Source: Victivallaceae bacterium (GTDB taxonomy: Bacteria > Verrucomicrobiota > Lentisphaeria > Victivallales > Victivallaceae). From it: 64,000 nucleotides of DNA. Positions within the stretch are counted from its first letter, which is position 1, and each line of letters begins with the position of its first letter. The notes beneath the pieces are model-generated. The model made no database searches. It worked only from the letters and a program-made list of their open reading frames with translations, and was not told the origin of the DNA. Both the position numbers and the translations under genes were made by a program. The stretch spans positions 11,230 to 75,229 of the forward strand of contig JAZTWK010000055.1 of the NCBI GenBank assembly GCA_045635865.1, in the 5' to 3' direction. Of this stretch, positions 55,478 through 64,000 are shown piece by piece.

Positions 55478-55607
55478 AGTTTGGCAATCCTCTGGTTTAA
55501 AAAATACCGGTGGCGGAAGGGGGATCGCCCCCCTCCCGCCCTCGGCGGATCGCTCCTCTGACGGGCGCTCCCCGCGCCCGGCGCATTTCTCTCCCGCCCA
55601 TTGAGGT

Positions 55608-55623
55608 AGCAAAAAGCGTGCCA
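55608..55623 (-). promoter_or_regulatory. sigma-54 (-24/-12) promoter candidate upstream of guaA
   Basis: Minus strand reads T-TGGCACG-CTTT-TTGCT, an exact TGGCAC-N5-TTGC with correct GG/GC spacing. It lies about 130 nt upstream of the guaA ATG and 130 nt from the divergent EBP gene. Confidence 0.5.
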
Positions 55624-55723
55624 ATATACTTGCGCGGCGGAAAACGGGCATTTGCGGTTTACACTTTATGTCAACAAAGGGGGTATTCTTTTACATTTTT
55701 TGTAACTTTTTCGCGGTTTTTTC

Positions 55724-55752
55724 TTGTAATCAGAGCCGATCCGGGCTATATT
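55724..55752 (+). promoter_or_regulatory. sigma-70-type promoter TTGTAA-N17-TATATT for the EBP gene
   Basis: -35 at 55724-55729, 17-nt spacer, -10 at 55747-55752. The -10 abuts the ATG at 55753, so the transcript probably starts about 55759 and translation at the ATG at 55762. Confidence 0.45.
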
Positions 55753-57282
55753 ATGACCATTATGAATAACTCTGCCCTCGCCCCCGAAATCGCGATGATC
55801 CAGGAAGTGAGCGCCGCGATCATCCACGAACGCGACGCCAATATCCTCTTGGAAAAAGTCCTGGAGATCCTTGAACGCCGTATGGGTATGCTCTGCGGCA
55901 CCTTTGCGCTGCTCATCGGCGACACCTTGTCGATCGAGGCTTCGCACGGCATTGACAAGGAAATGCAGAAAAAAGGTCTGTACCGGCTGGGCGAAGGCAT
56001 CACCGGCCACGTCGCCGCGACCGGGCGCAGTCACATCATCCCCGACCTGCGCAAGGATTCGCGCTTCCTCAACCGGACGGGGGCGCACCGCTACGATCAT
56101 CAGGTCGCCTTTATCTGCGTACCGCTGGTGCACCACGAAAAGATCATCGGCACGCTCTCGATCGACCGCCCGGTCAAATCGGATTCCGATCTCCAGCGCG
56201 ACGCCGCCTTGCTGGAGATCGTCGCCGGACTCGCCGCCGACGCCGCGGCGGAGTACCTCGACATCCACGCCGAGCGGCGGAAACTTTTGGAGGAAAACCG
56301 CAAACTCCGCGACATGCTCACCGGTCAACCGGGCAAAATGGTCGGCAACAGCCGGGAAATGCAACTGGTTTACCAACAGCTCCGCCAAGTGGCTCCGAGC
56401 GACGCCACCGTGCTGATCCGGGGCGCCAGCGGCACCGGCAAGGAGCTCTTGGCGCGCGAGATCGTGGCGCAATCGCCGCGCCGGGATAAGCCCTTTGTTA
56501 CCCTCAACTGCGCCGCCTTGCCGGAAAATCTGGTGGAAAGCGAACTTTTCGGCCACGAAAAGGGGGCGTTCACCGGGGCGGTCAGCCGCCGGATCGGGCG
56601 GGCGGAAGCCGCCGACGGCGGGACCCTCTTTCTCGACGAGATCGGCGACCTTTCGCTCCCCACACAGGTAAAACTTTTGCGCTTTTTGCAGGAAAAGACC
56701 TTTTCCCGGGTCGGGAGCAACGAGGAGCTGCACTCGGACGTGCGCTTCCTCGCCGCCACCAGCCGGAACTTGGAAGAACTCATGGAAAAGAAACTTTTCC
56801 GCGAGGACCTCTACTACCGGCTCAACATCTTCCCGATCCTGATGCCCGATCTCGCGTCGCGCCAAGGGGATATCCTCTTGCTGGCGGACTTTTTCATCGA
56901 CAAATTCAACACCAAATACGGCAAAAAAATTCGCCACTTATCCGCCGCCGCCGCCGATCTGCTGTTGCGCCACCCGTGGCCGGGCAACGTGCGCGAGTTG
57001 GAAAACTGCCTGGAGCGCGCCGTGCTGACCGCGACCGACGACGCCATTTACCCCGACAACCTGCCGCCGTCGCTTCGCCCGCAAACGCCCGCCCAAGCCG
57101 AGCCGGTCGATGCGGCGATGACGCTCGACGCGCAACTTGCCAACTTTGAGCGCGAAGTGATCCGCCGGGCGCTCTGCCGCAGTCACGGCAACGTTTCCGA
57201 AGCGGGCAGGGAGTTGGGCGTTTCCCCCCGGATGATGAACTACCGGATGAATAAACTCAACCTCAAAGCCAAGCCGGAATAG
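55753..57282 (+). CDS. sigma-54-dependent transcriptional activator (GAF sensor + AAA+ + Fis-type HTH; NifA-like architecture)
   Basis: N-terminal GAF-like region, Walker A GASGTGKE, sigma-54 contact loop GAFTGA, C-terminal HTH GNVSEAGRELGVSPRMMNYRMNKL. The start is 55753, or more likely 55762 (see promoter). Confidence 0.85.
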   Translation: MTIMNNSALAPEIAMIQEVSAAIIHERDANILLEKVLEILERRMGMLCGTFALLIGDTLSIEASHGIDKEMQKKGLYRLGEGITGHVAATGRSHIIPDLRKDSRFLNRTGAHRYDHQVAFICVPLVHHEKIIGTLSIDRPVKSDSDLQRDAALLEIVAGLAADAAAEYLDIHAERRKLLEENRKLRDMLTGQPGKMVGNSREMQLVYQQLRQVAPSDATVLIRGASGTGKELLAREIVAQSPRRDKPFVTLNCAALPENLVESELFGHEKGAFTGAVSRRIGRAEAADGGTLFLDEIGDLSLPTQVKLLRFLQEKTFSRVGSNEELHSDVRFLAATSRNLEELMEKKLFREDLYYRLNIFPILMPDLASRQGDILLLADFFIDKFNTKYGKKIRHLSAAAADLLLRHPWPGNVRELENCLERAVLTATDDAIYPDNLPPSLRPQTPAQAEPVDAAMTLDAQLANFEREVIRRALCRSHGNVSEAGRELGVSPRMMNYRMNKLNLKAKPE

Positions 57283-57396
57283 GATTTTTCCACCATTTTC
57301 GGTTTTTTTTCCTCGCCGATCGACTCCGGGGCTTGTCAAAACTTCGCCGCCGGAGTATTTTATTGGGAGCAAAAGTATTTGCGGCGGGGGATTGCC

Positions 57397-59358
57397 ATGC
57401 TGACCGATCAACAAACCGAGGCGGATTTTCGCACCAAAGCCCAAACTTCCGGCGGCAGTTTGCGCCCGGCGGGGCTCTTTGGCTCCGGGGTCGTACTGCA
57501 GCGGGGACGCGCCATTCCGGTTTGGGGCAGTGCCGCGCCCCGCGCCCGAATTGAGGCGACGTTGGGCGAGGACCGCGCGGTAACTTTCGCCAACGATCAG
57601 GGGGGATTTTATCTCACCCTGCCGCCGCACGAAGCGGCGACCGATCTTACCCTCACGCTCACCGACGGGGTGGAAAGTTGCCGGATCGACGACGTCGCCG
57701 TGGGCGAAGTTTTCCTGCTCGCCGGGCAGAGCAATATGGAGTACGACCTCGCCCACTATTCCCCCGCGGAATTTCCCCGCGCCGACTACCCCGTCCGGGC
57801 GTTTCGGGTGAAGCCGCGGGCGTTCCCCGGCGGCTCGACCGACGTTGCCGGGGCGTGGCAGACGCTCGCCGACGGCCGGGGCTTTTCCGCGATCGGCGGA
57901 TTTTTCGCCGCCCGGATCGCCGCCGAGTTGCGCGTGCCGGTGGGGCTCGTCGATGTTTCCCGCGGCGGGGTCGGCACCGAAACCTTTGTTTCCCGCGCCT
58001 GGCTCGCGCGCGACGAAGTCTTTGCTCCGCAACTGGCGGAGTACGAAAAAAAGTGCTTTAGCTTTGAGCGCAACCCGGAAACTTCCGGTGACGGCATCGT
58101 CAACAGCCGCCGCCTGTTGCGCCACATCGCCGCCGCCTGCCCCGAAACGCCGCCCCCGCCGGAAAAGTGGTTTGCGCCCGACTTCGACGACTCCGCGTGG
58201 GAAGCAATGGAACTCCCCGACAGTTGGAGCGTCGCCGGCTATATTTCCCCCGGCGTCTTCCTCTTTCGCAAGCAAATTGAGATCCCCGCCGACTGGGTCG
58301 GGCAGGATTTGACCCTTTCGCTCGGCATCTGCGACCGCGCCGACACAAGTTTCGTCAACGGGCGCCAAGTCGGCGCCACCGGGCGGGCAAATAGTCTCGC
58401 GCATTACGACACGGTGCGGCGCTACGCGATACCCGGGGAAATCGTTGATGATAAAACGCTTACGATCGCCGTCGAAGTCAAAAACTTCTGCTCGATCTGC
58501 ACCTTTGGCGGGATGATCGGCCCGGAGCGGGAAATGTTCATCGCCCGCGGAAATGACCAAATTTCCCTCGCCGAAACGTGGAAACTTTTCCCCGTGGCGC
58601 AGACCAGTTGCGCCGTCATGGAGCAAATGGCGGAGACCGGTGCGGGCGAAGTCAAATCCTATCACATGCTCTACGACAATTCGCTCCGGCCGCTGGAAAA
58701 TCTCCGCTTCCGCGCGGCGCTCTTCTATCAGGGCGAAGCCAACACCCTCAACCACCCGGAGCACTACGGCCGCTTGCTTACCGGGGTGATCCGGTCGTGG
58801 CGGACCCTCTGGCAAGATCCCGAGTTGCCGATCCTCGTTTTCGACCTGCCGGGTTTCCAGCGGCCGCACCTTTACAGCCCGCACAGCCAGTGGGCGATCG
58901 TGCGGCAACAGTTGTTGAAAACTGCGTTGCGCGAAACCGGGCTTCCCCCGGTCGATCTGCTCGACTGCGGCGGTATCGACGAACTCCACCCGCCGGAAAA
59001 ACGCATCCCCGGGGAGCGGGCGGCGGAAATACTGCTCGCCAGGTTGCGCGGCGAAACGCCGCCATCCGGGGCGGTCTGCATCGGCTTCCGGCAGGAAGCG
59101 GGGCAACTGGTCTTGACCTTTCGGCTTTTCGGCGCGCCGCTGGCGGTAATCCGAGGCGAAGCGGGGATCGTCGGCGTCGGTGCCACCGGAAAAATCGTGC
59201 CGCTACCGGTAGTTGAAACCACCGATTCCGAGATCGTCGTATCCTTGCCGACCGACAAGTTGCAGATGATCGCCTACGCCTGGTGCGACAATCCGGCACT
59301 GGGCAAACTCCGCACCGCCGCAGATCTGCCGGTCTTTCCCTTTCGCTTCAACCTTTAA
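57397..59358 (+). CDS. sialate O-acetylesterase-like SGNH hydrolase
   Basis: ..VGEVFLLAGQSNME.. block I and ..LFYQGEAN... The ATG at 57397 is preceded by GGGGGA. A weaker TTGTCA-N17-TATTTT lies at 57333-57361. Confidence 0.7.
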   Translation: MLTDQQTEADFRTKAQTSGGSLRPAGLFGSGVVLQRGRAIPVWGSAAPRARIEATLGEDRAVTFANDQGGFYLTLPPHEAATDLTLTLTDGVESCRIDDVAVGEVFLLAGQSNMEYDLAHYSPAEFPRADYPVRAFRVKPRAFPGGSTDVAGAWQTLADGRGFSAIGGFFAARIAAELRVPVGLVDVSRGGVGTETFVSRAWLARDEVFAPQLAEYEKKCFSFERNPETSGDGIVNSRRLLRHIAAACPETPPPPEKWFAPDFDDSAWEAMELPDSWSVAGYISPGVFLFRKQIEIPADWVGQDLTLSLGICDRADTSFVNGRQVGATGRANSLAHYDTVRRYAIPGEIVDDKTLTIAVEVKNFCSICTFGGMIGPEREMFIARGNDQISLAETWKLFPVAQTSCAVMEQMAETGAGEVKSYHMLYDNSLRPLENLRFRAALFYQGEANTLNHPEHYGRLLTGVIRSWRTLWQDPELPILVFDLPGFQRPHLYSPHSQWAIVRQQLLKTALRETGLPPVDLLDCGGIDELHPPEKRIPGERAAEILLARLRGETPPSGAVCIGFRQEAGQLVLTFRLFGAPLAVIRGEAGIVGVGATGKIVPLPVVETTDSEIVVSLPTDKLQMIAYAWCDNPALGKLRTAADLPVFPFRFNL

Positions 59359-59372
59359 TCAGAGGAAACTAT

Positions 59373-61700
59373 ATGCAAAATTCCGCCAATTGGATTTGGT
59401 GCAAAGACCAGATCGCTCCCGATGCCTACACCGCCTTTCGCCGCACTTTTACGCTCGAAAAGTCCGTCGCCCACCCGGAATTGCTCATTTCCGCCGACTC
59501 AGACTTTTCCCTTTTCGTCAACGGCAAATTGGTCGTCGGGAGTCAATTTTCCGACTTCCCGACGGAAAAAACCTATTCCCGCTTTGATGTAAAAAATCTT
59601 TTGCAAATCGGGAAAAACGTCATTGCCGTGATCGTCCACTATATCGGGGAAAACTTTTTGCGCGATGCCAAGGGCTACCCGGGATTGTATCTTGCCCTGC
59701 GCGACGGGGAAAAGGTTTTGCTCGCGAGCGACGAAAACTTCCGGGCGATCCCCGCCCCCGGCTATCGCTCCAACTGGCAGCAGAAATTCACCCGGCAACT
59801 GGGCTTTTGCACTTGGTTCGACGCCCGCGTTGCCGGGGCGCTCGAGTGGATGAATGTCGACTTCGACGATTCATCGTGGGCAAGCGCCAAAATCATCGAC
59901 GCGGAATTTTCCCGCACCCTCGCGCCGCGCCCGCTGGCGGAACTGCTTCAAAGTCCGCCGCCCCCGGTCGCGGTTCTGCAGTTGGGGGTATTGCGCCGCC
60001 GGGAAAAATCGGATCGCCCGGCGCGGGAAATGTTCCGCGATCTGTTGCGCCCGCTGGAAGTTGCCGAAGCGCTGGCGCCGGATGGTCTCGCCGGGATCCG
60101 CCCCGTCGATTCGATCGTGGGGGTGCCGGAAACCATTATTCTAACTCCGGATGCACCGGATTCTCCGCTCCGCTTTGCGCCGCTTGCCGACAGCGAGACC
60201 AACGGTTATTATCTCGTCGTCGAACTGCCCAAAGAAATCGTCGGCTATATCCGGTTCGACCTGGTTTGTTCGGCGGGCACGGTGGTCGATTACGCGCTGG
60301 GCGAACACCTTTTCAGCGGCCGGGTGCGGGCGGCGATCGAAGCGCGCAACTTCGCCGACCGCTACATCGCGCGTGAAGGAGAGAATCACTTTGAAATGCG
60401 CCTGCGCCGCGCCGCCGGGCGGTATTTGGAGCTGCACTTTACCGAGTGCGCCGCGCCGCCGAAAGTTCTTTACGCCGGAGTGGTGGAGCAATATTTCCCC
60501 TTGCCGGAACTCGCGGACTTTTCCGGCTCCGACCGTTTGGTCGAGCGCACGGTAGGTGTCGCCGTCGACACACTCAAAAACTGCATGCACGAACACTACG
60601 AGGACTGCCCGTGGCGCGAACAGTCGCTCTACGCTTACGACTCGCGCAATCAGGCGCTTTACGGCTACTATTTGTGGGGCAATTACGACTTTGCCGAAAC
60701 TTCGTTCCGCTTGCTCGGCCACTCAAAGGGAGAAAAATTTGCCGGATTTCTGCCGATGACCGAGCCGTCGGATGTGCCGCTGACCATCCCGGTTTTCTCG
60801 CTGGCGTGGATCGCCGATCTGTACGAGTTTTTCTGGCACAGCGGAAAAATCGAGCTTTTCCGCGCCGAAGCCGAAACGGTGAAAACCATTCTCCGCGCCG
60901 CGACCCGGAACCGTACGGCCCACGGACTTTACCACCCCGGCAACGATCAACGCTTCTGGCACTTTTCCGAGTGGGTCCCCGGATTGCGCGGCGAAAACTA
61001 CCCGGAGTCCGCAACCTACAACCTTTATCTCTATGAGGCGCTCACGCTGGCGGCAAAACTCTTTGCCGCGGCGGGACTTCCCGCTCCGGACTACGCGGCG
61101 CAGGCCAAAGAATTGGGGGAAAATATCGAGCGCACCTTTTACTCCCCGGAGCGCGGTCTGTATCTATCCAACGCCGACGATCCAAAACTCTTTCACGAAC
61201 ACACCCAAGCGTTGATGCTCTACCTTGAGCTCGTGCCGGAAAGCCGACGGGAAAGATTTTTGGCCGAAATTGCCCGGCGCGACACGATCAAGTGCACGTT
61301 CAGTTCCTTGCCGTTTCTCGTGCGGGGGCTGATGCGCGAACCGGCATGGCAAAATTTCGCGGCGCAAATCGTGGCAGACGCCTTCGAGCCGCTGGTGATG
61401 TCGGGCGCGACGACCTTGTGGGAAACGCCGATCCGCGAGGACTTCAACGGTTCGTTGAGCCTCTGCCACGGCTGGAGCAGTCTGCCCGCCTACTTCGCCA
61501 AGCGCTACATATTGGGGGTGGAGCCGTTGGCGCCGGGCTTTGCTCAATTTGCGGTGAAGCCCTACACCGGCACGCTCGAGTTTGCCAGCGGCGCGGTGCC
61601 GACCCCCTTTGGCGAGATCCGCGTCAGTTGGCAAAAGCGCGCTTTTGGCGTGGAGATCCAAGTGGAAAATCCCCCGGGCACCACCCGCGTCGAAGCCTGA
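59373..61700 (+). CDS. six-hairpin glycosidase, alpha-L-rhamnosidase (GH78)-like
   Basis: MQNSANWIWCKD N-terminus, and ..HYEDCPWREQSLYAYDS.. resembling the DCPxRER motif of the GH78 catalytic domain. The ATG at 59373 is preceded by AGAGGAAA. Confidence 0.6.
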   Translation: MQNSANWIWCKDQIAPDAYTAFRRTFTLEKSVAHPELLISADSDFSLFVNGKLVVGSQFSDFPTEKTYSRFDVKNLLQIGKNVIAVIVHYIGENFLRDAKGYPGLYLALRDGEKVLLASDENFRAIPAPGYRSNWQQKFTRQLGFCTWFDARVAGALEWMNVDFDDSSWASAKIIDAEFSRTLAPRPLAELLQSPPPPVAVLQLGVLRRREKSDRPAREMFRDLLRPLEVAEALAPDGLAGIRPVDSIVGVPETIILTPDAPDSPLRFAPLADSETNGYYLVVELPKEIVGYIRFDLVCSAGTVVDYALGEHLFSGRVRAAIEARNFADRYIAREGENHFEMRLRRAAGRYLELHFTECAAPPKVLYAGVVEQYFPLPELADFSGSDRLVERTVGVAVDTLKNCMHEHYEDCPWREQSLYAYDSRNQALYGYYLWGNYDFAETSFRLLGHSKGEKFAGFLPMTEPSDVPLTIPVFSLAWIADLYEFFWHSGKIELFRAEAETVKTILRAATRNRTAHGLYHPGNDQRFWHFSEWVPGLRGENYPESATYNLYLYEALTLAAKLFAAAGLPAPDYAAQAKELGENIERTFYSPERGLYLSNADDPKLFHEHTQALMLYLELVPESRRERFLAEIARRDTIKCTFSSLPFLVRGLMREPAWQNFAAQIVADAFEPLVMSGATTLWETPIREDFNGSLSLCHGWSSLPAYFAKRYILGVEPLAPGFAQFAVKPYTGTLEFASGAVPTPFGEIRVSWQKRAFGVEIQVENPPGTTRVEA

Positions 61701-61705
61701 CGGGG

Positions 61706-62713
61706 TCAATCTTCTTTCGCGGGAGCGCCGGTGTTGCGCTCCCAAATTTTTTTGCCCGCCGCCGCGACCTTTTCCCGGAGTTCGGGCGGGGCGAGCACCT
61801 CGATCTTGCCGCTTTCGCCCAGTACCCAACGGATGACGTCGTGCGGAAACGCCGGTTTCAGCGTGACGATGAGCGAACCGTCGCGCTGACGCTCGATCTT
61901 GAACTTTTTCGATTTCTGGTGCTCGTACAAATAAAAGGCGATCGACGCGTCGCACCGCAGCCGCACCCCGTCGATTTTCGGATATTCAAATAACCCGTGC
62001 GCGCGGGTGCGCTCCAAGAGTTTCCGGTCGGTTTTGAAAGTGTCGATGCCAAAGGCGACCTCGGCGATGCGCTGGATCGCGTAACTTTTCACCTCTTTGC
62101 TCCGGTACTCGTAACCCTTGACGTACCAGATGCCGCGGTAAAAGGCGATGATGTGCGGCTCGACTTTCCGCTTGACCACCTCGCCGCCGGGCTTGTGGTA
62201 GGTGATCGCCAGCACCTGATGCAGTCGCCAGCCGTCGAAAACCTTTTTGAAGATCGCCGGATCGACCGCCGCCTTGATGCCGGTGGCGCACAAAATCGAT
62301 TCGATCATCGCCTCGTCAAGAAACTCGGACTTGTTGCCGGTCAGCGCCTTTTCCACCGCGGCATCGACGTCGCTTTTGACCGGCTCGGGGAGGAAGTCGG
62401 ATGCCAACTTCGTGCCGAGCAGCGTCATACTCAAAATGTCGTCGCTCAAGATCGGCACGGAAAATTCCCAGTTGGGATTTTTCAGGTAATAACCGCGGCG
62501 GACGGCATCGTAATCGATCGGCGCATGATAATCGCTTTGCAGCGTTTCAATGTCGCGCAGGATCGTCCGCGGACTGCACGCGCAGGCGAAATTCTCGTCC
62601 ACGTCGGCGCGGCGCAACAGCTGGGCGAAGCTGGTCGCGTTGGGGAAGTTGTTCTTTTTCATTTCCGCAACGAACTTCATCAGCCGCACCGCCTGACGAC
62701 TCTGGATGCTCAT
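61706..62713 (-). CDS. WYL-domain transcriptional regulator (wHTH + WYL + C-terminal extension)
   Basis: The N-terminal ..RLMKFVAEMKKNNFPNATSFAQLL...RTILRDIETL region is wHTH-like. ..VEPHIIAFYRGIWYVKGY.. is the WYL signature region. 335 aa. Confidence 0.8.
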   Translation of the reverse strand: MSIQSRQAVRLMKFVAEMKKNNFPNATSFAQLLRRADVDENFACACSPRTILRDIETLQSDYHAPIDYDAVRRGYYLKNPNWEFSVPILSDDILSMTLLGTKLASDFLPEPVKSDVDAAVEKALTGNKSEFLDEAMIESILCATGIKAAVDPAIFKKVFDGWRLHQVLAITYHKPGGEVVKRKVEPHIIAFYRGIWYVKGYEYRSKEVKSYAIQRIAEVAFGIDTFKTDRKLLERTRAHGLFEYPKIDGVRLRCDASIAFYLYEHQKSKKFKIERQRDGSLIVTLKPAFPHDVIRWVLGESGKIEVLAPPELREKVAAAGKKIWERNTGAPAKED

Positions 62714-62795
62714 AAATATATCCGCCTTTCCTGATCAATTTTTCCGTTTTCCGGTTACTATATCCCGCCGCCGGTGCTAAGTCAATTCCGGGAAA

Positions 62796-62839
62796 CGGAT
62801 TTTTCCGGCACAAAATTTAACCGCGAGCGGAAAAATCCG
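62796..62839. repeat. 12-bp perfect inverted repeat CGGATTTTTCCG-N20-CGGAAAAATCCG in the WYL/GTPase divergent intergenic region
   Basis: Arms at 62796-62807 and 62828-62839. A third TTTTTCCG copy lies near 62739-62755. Confidence 0.7.
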
Positions 62840-62977
62840 ATGAAAGCCCCTTAATACTATGCGGCGGGCATAAAATTTTGCGAAAATTTTTGCCGGGGGC
62901 GATTTGCTATGACACGTCGTGGCATACCTCCCCGCTTATATTATCCGGCGAAAAGTAAAAGAAAGGCACTTGGCAAA

Positions 62978-64000
62978 ATGGTCAAAATGTACGCGCAAAT
63001 GCTCCGGGAACTGCAAACCCGACTCGACGAGGCAAGGTTGATCTTTCTGCAAATGGCGCAAAAGATCGTTTCCGCCGTGGCGGAAAACCGCTTCGGCTCC
63101 GCCGAAAAAAAGGCCGTCGAGGCGCTGGATAAAAAATTCTGCGCCGTCATCACCGAGGTGATCGAGTGCCTGCCGGCGGTTTACCACGGCAGGGTGCAGA
63201 TGTTCCCGGTGCCCCGCCGCGCCGGACTGATCGAAAAAATGGAAATTCGCAACGCCCAGGCCGAGGAACTGGAGCGCATCGTCGATGCTTTGAGGAAAAA
63301 AGCCGGTCTCGAAACCCGGAAAAACAACCCCATAACCAACAATATCTGGAGGTCGATTATGGAAAACATGGATTTCAAATCCGAATTTGAACGCAAATTT
63401 GCCGAGGCGGAATTCGGCGGCAAGCGGCCGAACATTCTGGTCGCGGGCTACACCGGGAGCGGCAAAACTTCGCTGATCCGCACCATTCTCGGCGACGGCA
63501 TCGTGCCCAAACGCGGCATCGACAACGGCAAGCCCTGCCGGATCGACTTCGACCGCTACGAAAACGATTCCATCCGCCTGTGGGATTCCCGCGGCTTGGA
63601 ACTCGGCGAACTGGAAGCCGATTTCCGGGAAAGCATGCGCCGGTTCGTTTCCGACTGTCAGGACGACGTCAACGTCGATGAGCACATTCATCTGGTCTGG
63701 TATCTCATTCAGGGCAACAGCGGCCGCGTCACCGACAGCGACTTGGCGCTGATGAAGGAAATTTTCACCTTTGACGACGTGATCGCCGTCATCAGCAAAA
63801 AGGACATCACCAAACCGGCACAGTCGGAAGCGATCCGCCGGATATTGATCGATTCGGGTCTGCCGGAACATCGCATCGTCGAGGTTTCCGACGCCGAAAG
63901 CGGCGCGATCGGGGCGCGGGAACTCGTCGAGTTGAGCCGCAAAATGCTCCCCGTCGCCTACCGCGACGCCTTCATGGCGGCGCAGAGCATCGACCGCGAA
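62978..64000 (+). CDS. P-loop small GTPase (TRAFAC class, YfjP/Era-like) with N-terminal coiled-coil extension; 3' end outside the window
   Basis: The frame is open from 62855 to the window end, so it is absent from the ORF track. G1 GYTGSGKTS, G3 DSRG, G4 SKKD. Start is uncertain: ATG at 62909, 62978, 62987, or the internal ATG at 63359 preceded by GGAGG. Confidence 0.6.
   Translation, partial: MVKMYAQMLRELQTRLDEARLIFLQMAQKIVSAVAENRFGSAEKKAVEALDKKFCAVITEVIECLPAVYHGRVQMFPVPRRAGLIEKMEIRNAQAEELERIVDALRKKAGLETRKNNPITNNIWRSIMENMDFKSEFERKFAEAEFGGKRPNILVAGYTGSGKTSLIRTILGDGIVPKRGIDNGKPCRIDFDRYENDSIRLWDSRGLELGELEADFRESMRRFVSDCQDDVNVDEHIHLVWYLIQGNSGRVTDSDLALMKEIFTFDDVIAVISKKDITKPAQSEAIRRILIDSGLPEHRIVEVSDAESGAIGARELVELSRKMLPVAYRDAFMAAQSIDRE

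Noticed and set aside
55623-55628. TATATT hexamer overlapping the -24 element of the putative sigma-54 promoter, considered as an alternative sigma-70 -10 box for guaA
   Set aside because: There is no TTG-type -35 at 16-18 nt upstream, unlike all other TATATT promoters in the window. It is kept as a caveat rather than a feature.
62936-63871. 311-aa minus-strand ORF listed in the track
   Set aside because: The plus-strand frame here encodes a clean P-loop GTPase (G1/G3/G4 motifs). It is missing from the track only because it has no stop inside the window. The minus ORF is its shadow.

Overview
64-kb window of a high-GC bacterial chromosome (roughly 60% G+C by eye, not computed). Gene content suggests a polysaccharide-degrading, possibly PVC-superphylum/Lentisphaerota-like organism; this is inference only. 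About 50 real CDS are supported. The many long antisense ORFs in the track are GC-driven shadows. Contents: (i) sugar and amino-sugar catabolism: class II ketose-bisphosphate aldolase, nagB, nagA, TIM-barrel isomerases, Gfo/Idh/MocA oxidoreductases, an SSS transporter/aminotransferase/amidohydrolase locus with AraC regulators, a DAACS transporter, a PfkB kinase, two large uncharacterised glycoside-hydrolase-like proteins, sialate O-acetylesterase and a GH78-like enzyme. (ii) Housekeeping: AddAB-like helicase-nuclease, bcp, tag, DUF1015, tsaD, HAD phosphatase, cca, radC, SDR, GspG-like pseudopilin, purT, a complete trpEGDCFBA operon and guaA. (iii) Regulation: a GAF/sigma-54 enhancer-binding protein and a WYL regulator. 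Two visibly AT-rich insertions stand out: a Fic gene (6.3-7.5 kb) and a four-gene cassette (34.9-39.7 kb). The cassette encodes an unknown coiled-coil protein, a Dam-family m6A methylase, a 755-aa PD-(D/E)XK + DGQHR (DndB/ParB-like) + degenerate HEPN-like fusion, and a 294-aa protein with an intact HEPN Rx4H motif. It matches no defence system I know and is my best candidate for the undescribed system. Other signals found by reading the sequence: an 18-aa Trp-Arg-Trp leader peptide with 1:2/2:3/3:4 attenuator hairpins upstream of trpE; a near-perfect sigma-54 -24/-12 promoter upstream of guaA, divergent from the EBP gene; a uniform TTGnnn-N17-TATATT promoter architecture at 11 gene starts, two of them implying leaderless mRNAs; and a 12-bp perfect inverted repeat between the WYL regulator and a divergent P-loop GTPase gene that runs off the window. 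No rRNA, tRNA, CRISPR array, transposase or integrase was recognised.
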